Positions 60,026 to 64,000 of a DNA stretch of 64,000 nucleotides are shown piece by piece. The notes under the pieces were generated by a model that was not told the origin of the DNA, did not search any database, and saw only the letters and a list, made by a program, of their open reading frames with translations. Every line of letters starts with the position of its first letter. Positions within the stretch are counted from its first letter, which is position 1. A program made the translations under genes and the position numbers. The DNA comes from Gekko japonicus (taxonomy: Eukaryota), in assembly GCF_001447785.1 (NCBI RefSeq), contig NW_015177038.1:363759-427758 (forward strand), given 5' to 3'.

Positions 60026-60843
60026 GTGAACTAAGCCTATGTTGAACAGGTACAGGGGAGTATTCTGGGAGGGGGGGCAAACAGCTGAACCACAACTAGC
60101 ATGAATCTCTCCTTGCTTTCTTCCTTCCCATATGTGAGAAGAACCAGCAGCCTGAAGTATTCTACGGAGTGCCCCTTTGATACACTCAGCATTCTATTGC
60201 GACTAGAACCGCTACATTCCCACTGTAGTGCTTGCTGAAGTGATTCAGGGCTTTCCCTTCCTTCATCTCCAAACCAGTAGACCCAGCCCTTGCTTCCTCC
60301 ACATTATTGGAGGAGGAGCTACTCCAGAAGAGCCTGTTAGGTATTACCTTTTTGTCTGGAGGAAGCACCCATTTGGAAACAGCTCCCTCCATCATAAAAC
60401 AACACTTGGCTTAGAACCTGCTGGCTATTTTGTGATTGCACCCAGTACCAGTTCTTAAAATTCCAGAATTGCCCATGAACTCAACTTTGTGGGTCACCAA
60501 TGCAGAGAAAGATCAGCAGTGGAAAACCATCTTTCACTGGAGGTCATCGGCCATTGCAGATCTCCCCATTAGAGAACCACTGCTGAGTTTCCAAAGAACA
60601 CAGTTTTTAAAGCTTTGCTCTAAGTCTAAGTCAGGCTTGCAGTCCTTCCTCATTCTGTCAGTGCCATAGAGTCTTGAAGCCAGGGCTGCTTGTGGCGTAT
60701 ACGCTGTTAGTTAGCTGCCTTTATATCGGCAGATCAATTTCCTTCCCTCAATCATTGCTCTGTTTCCTCTTTGCAGTTCCTGTCACTTTTGTCTTCTCCC
60801 ACTCTCTGATCAATTCGCAATGGGATTTTCTTTATTCCTGCAG

Positions 60844-61913
60844 GCGATGAGTCAGAAAGTATCGATGTGTGTAAGAATCCTCAGCAGGGAGATGCAACAG
60901 TAGAGCAACCGCCTGAAACCTTGTGGTGGGATTTATTCTTTGAGCCGAAGCTGTCCAAAGCAATCGAGATGAAGTCAGTAGGACATCAGGGAATACTGCC
61001 AGAGCTCACGCAAGGATATTCAGCTCCTAAGGAAGGAAATTTCACAAAAGGCTTGCCCCAGTTAAGAGTGTCCAAAAGAAATTATCCCTGCTCTGTTTGC
61101 GGGAAAAGTTTTGATCGGCGTGCTAACCTGATTAAACACCAGAGAATCCATACGGGGGAGAAGCCGTATTCATGTGCTGAATGCGGGAAACGTTTTGATC
61201 AGCAGTCCAACCTCAATGTCCATTTGCGAGTCCATACGGGAGAGAAGCCTTATGGCTGTCCTGACTGTGGGAGGCGTTTCAGCATCAAATCTCACCTCCA
61301 CGGACACTACAGGATCCACACCGGAGAGAAACCCTACGAATGCGAAGGATGCGGGAAGAGGTTCCGTGTGAAATCGTGCCTGAATAAGCACCGAAGAATC
61401 CATGCGGGAGAAAAACCCTACAAATGCCTCTCCTGCAAGAAAACTTTCACCTGCAGCTCTGATCTTATTAAGCACCAGGTTACTCACTCAGGGGAGAAAG
61501 ACTACATGTGCTCTGAGTGCGGGAAAAACTTTGCCAATAGATCAGATCTTAACAAGCACGAGAGAATCCACACAGAAAAACCCTACAAATGCCTCTCCTG
61601 CAAGAAAACATTCACCTGCAGCTCTGATCTTATTAAACACCAGGTTACTCACTCAGGGGAGAAAGACTACATGTGCTCTGAGTGTGGGAAAAACTTCACC
61701 AATAGATCAGATCTTAACAAGCATGAGAGAATCCACACAGGAGAAAAACCTTTTGTGTGCCCCATCTGTGAGAAAAGGTTCCGTGATGTTTCTCAGAAGA
61801 ACAAGCATCAGAGAATCCACACAGACGGAAAACCTTATGAATGCTCCATGTGTGGGGAAAAGTTCAGAGATGGCTCCCAGCAAAACAGACACCAGAGAAT
61901 TCATGTGCTATAG
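60844..61913 (+). CDS. Zinc finger gene, terminal exon with 10 C2H2 fingers (spliced product predicted 644 aa)
   Basis: ttcctgcag acceptor, ten CxxC...HxxxH units with TGEKP-type linkers; exon lengths 474+127+138+126+1070 = 1935 nt, in frame. Confidence 0.93.
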
Positions 61914-63560
61914 AACACCTAGGTACACACAGGGGAAAATACATAGGGTTTTGTTGTTGTTGTTGTTGTTTTGCAATGTGATTACATTCTCAAAAGAAAC
62001 ACTATAGGTGCTCCCAGGTGCATAGAAAAAATGCTTTGGATCTTAATAACCCACACAGCTAGGAAAAAGCACCAGAAAAGCAAAATCAGTGAGAAATATG
62101 GAACTTTTCCACACAGGTTATCTGTCTCCGCTTCAATGCGAAGGGAAGCAGGTGCTTACATACATCCCCAGAGTACTGGGGCACAATGCTGCACCTTCCA
62201 GGTTTCCATGACCTTTCCCAAACCTCCTTTGCTGCAAGACTGCAGCAAAGCCTGGATGGCCGCCACGTGGGTACGAAAGTTTGAGTTTTCCCAGTCCTGC
62301 CTACACGAGCAGCCCTTTCCCAATCCCCACCACCATTTTTTTTAATTGGCAATTGAATCGCTGTAATCTTATAACAGCATGCATATAAGGGTCTCTGAAT
62401 TTTTAGCTTGCATTTTTTAAAAGTTTCTAGTCCCCGTCCTTGCAGAAATATGCCTTTCCCCTTATATCTAAGCAACGATATTTAAAAAATGAAAGCTGAG
62501 AATTCAGAGAATTGGATACACAGATCATTATAATGATATTCAAAAGGTAACAACAACAACAACAAAAAACCCTCATGGTATGGGGAGGAGGATGGCCTCT
62601 GATGGGGGAGTGGGTTAGGGAAGCTTGCCACATGGAAGCCCCGTTGCTGCTGTGTTGTATTGGCAGCCTCAGCAGCAACAGGGAAACCACACAAACCTGT
62701 CCCCTTGTGGGAAACACCCACTTTCTTGCAATTCTGCATTTGATTAGTTAGCAGTGAATCCAACTGGGGTTCAGATGTTTAACAGATTATCTATGGGTGG
62801 GTGGGGTAGGGTGTTCTAGCGACTAAATAGTACATACACCATTCTTTTTTGTGCATGACTGTGAATAGCTGTCACCATAGGGGATGTTCTATTTTACACT
62901 GAAGTCTGCTGTGGAAGGGCTGTGGTTCGCATCGGGTGATTCTGCATTGGCTTTTCCCTCCGTTGTTTTACCAAGCCCACCTTGGAACAGAATTTCCCCT
63001 CCACACTGCATGCCGCTTTCACTTTCTTCGATCATCGGGTTTTATGGTACCCTCTGCATAGATTTATGGCCATTCAGGGGTGACTTTGCAGTCAATATGG
63101 CGTTGCTCTGGGGGGTATCTGAATGTGGTTTTGAGCTGCACCTTTTCCTCGGCGTTGAGAAAATGTGGAGGGAATGCCAGATGCAGAATCGCCCATCCTT
63201 TGCATGCAAAAAATTCCCCAGTTCAGTCTGTGATACCTTCTGTTTAAAAGATCTCAGGCAGCCGATGCAGACTCTTCTCTGCCTGAGACTCTGGAAAGCT
63301 GCTGCTGCAAGTCCGTGTTGCCAATGCTAAGCTAGGTAGGCTTCAGATCCTTGGCTGGTTGAGGCAAATTCAGTAGACCAGCAACCAGCTCCCCTTGAAA
63401 TGGTCTGCAACCCGACAGCCAGCCAGGGTCATGCTAGTGTCTGGCAAAGCAGTGCTTTCTTCTTGATAAGTAGGATCTCATCCTGATTCAAAAAGGCGCA
63501 TCCATTTCCTCCAGTCCTGGGAGTGAAACTGAGCTCAAGAAAGGGCAAAGAGGCACGGGG

Positions 63561-63779
63561 AGAGTCAGTTTAGTGTAGTGGTTAGAAGCGCAGACTCTAA
63601 TCTGGGAGAACCGAGTTTGATTCTTGCACTCCTCCACAAGCAGCTGCTGGTGTGACCTTGGGTCAGTCATGGCTCTCTCAGAGCTGTTCTGTCAAGAGCA
63701 GTTCTTGAAAGAGCTCTCTCAGCCCCACCTTCCTCACAGAATGTCTGTTGTGGGGAGGGAAAGGAGATTGTAAGCCATC
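63561..63779 (+). mobile_element. Squam1-like SINE
   Basis: cagtttagtgtagtggttag A box; same body as 17795-18071 in the opposite orientation. Confidence 0.75.
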
Positions 63780-64000
63780 AGTTTGTAAAGCTTCATAAAT
63801 CTTGCTTTAAACATATGTGGTCTACAAAGCCTGATGACCAGATGTAACCAAGCCGAGTCTGATGCAGTATTTTAGGCCCTGCCACAAAACATCCTCCTGA
63901 AATCTGCTCATGAAACCGAGGGTTGTTTTCCCCCACTGCTGTGTGAGTTAGTCTGGTTACTCCCATTATTTGTTATTACCATGACACTTTTTAGCACATG

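Noticed and set aside
61402-62007. 201-aa alternative-frame ORF over the zinc fingers
   Set aside because: Typical stop-poor shifted frame of C2H2 repeats; no independent evidence.

Overview
Vertebrate genomic DNA, almost certainly a squamate reptile (Sauria-type, Squam-type and 5S-derived SINEs, BovB, CR1, L2; gecko-like by inference). Positions 1-45 kb hold a minus-strand cluster of four class II (OR2-like) olfactory receptor genes. Three are intact; one is frameshifted by a 25-bp tandem duplication. OR-A and OR-B sit in a ~6.2-kb segmental duplication with gene-conversion patches. From ~51 kb a CpG island with CTCF-like sites leads into a plus-strand five-coding-exon SCAN-KRAB-C2H2 gene (predicted 644 aa, 10 fingers). 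The rest is dense, often nested, mobile DNA: a near-intact full-length CR1, truncated CR1/L1/L2/BovB copies, Gypsy RT and LTRs, and many hAT MITEs with 8-bp TSDs. The strongest novel candidate is an in-frame U_UUA_AAC slippery site with downstream structure at the CR1 ORF1/ORF2 junction, predicting -1 programmed ribosomal frameshifting in a vertebrate LINE. Other highlights: a CR1 apparently split around a 13.8-kb segment, conserved OR promoter blocks and uATGs, a hAT dimer moved as one unit, a hAT carrying an L1-like 5' UTR, and a three-switch templated duplication. All calls are by eye; family names need Dfam/Repbase confirmation.
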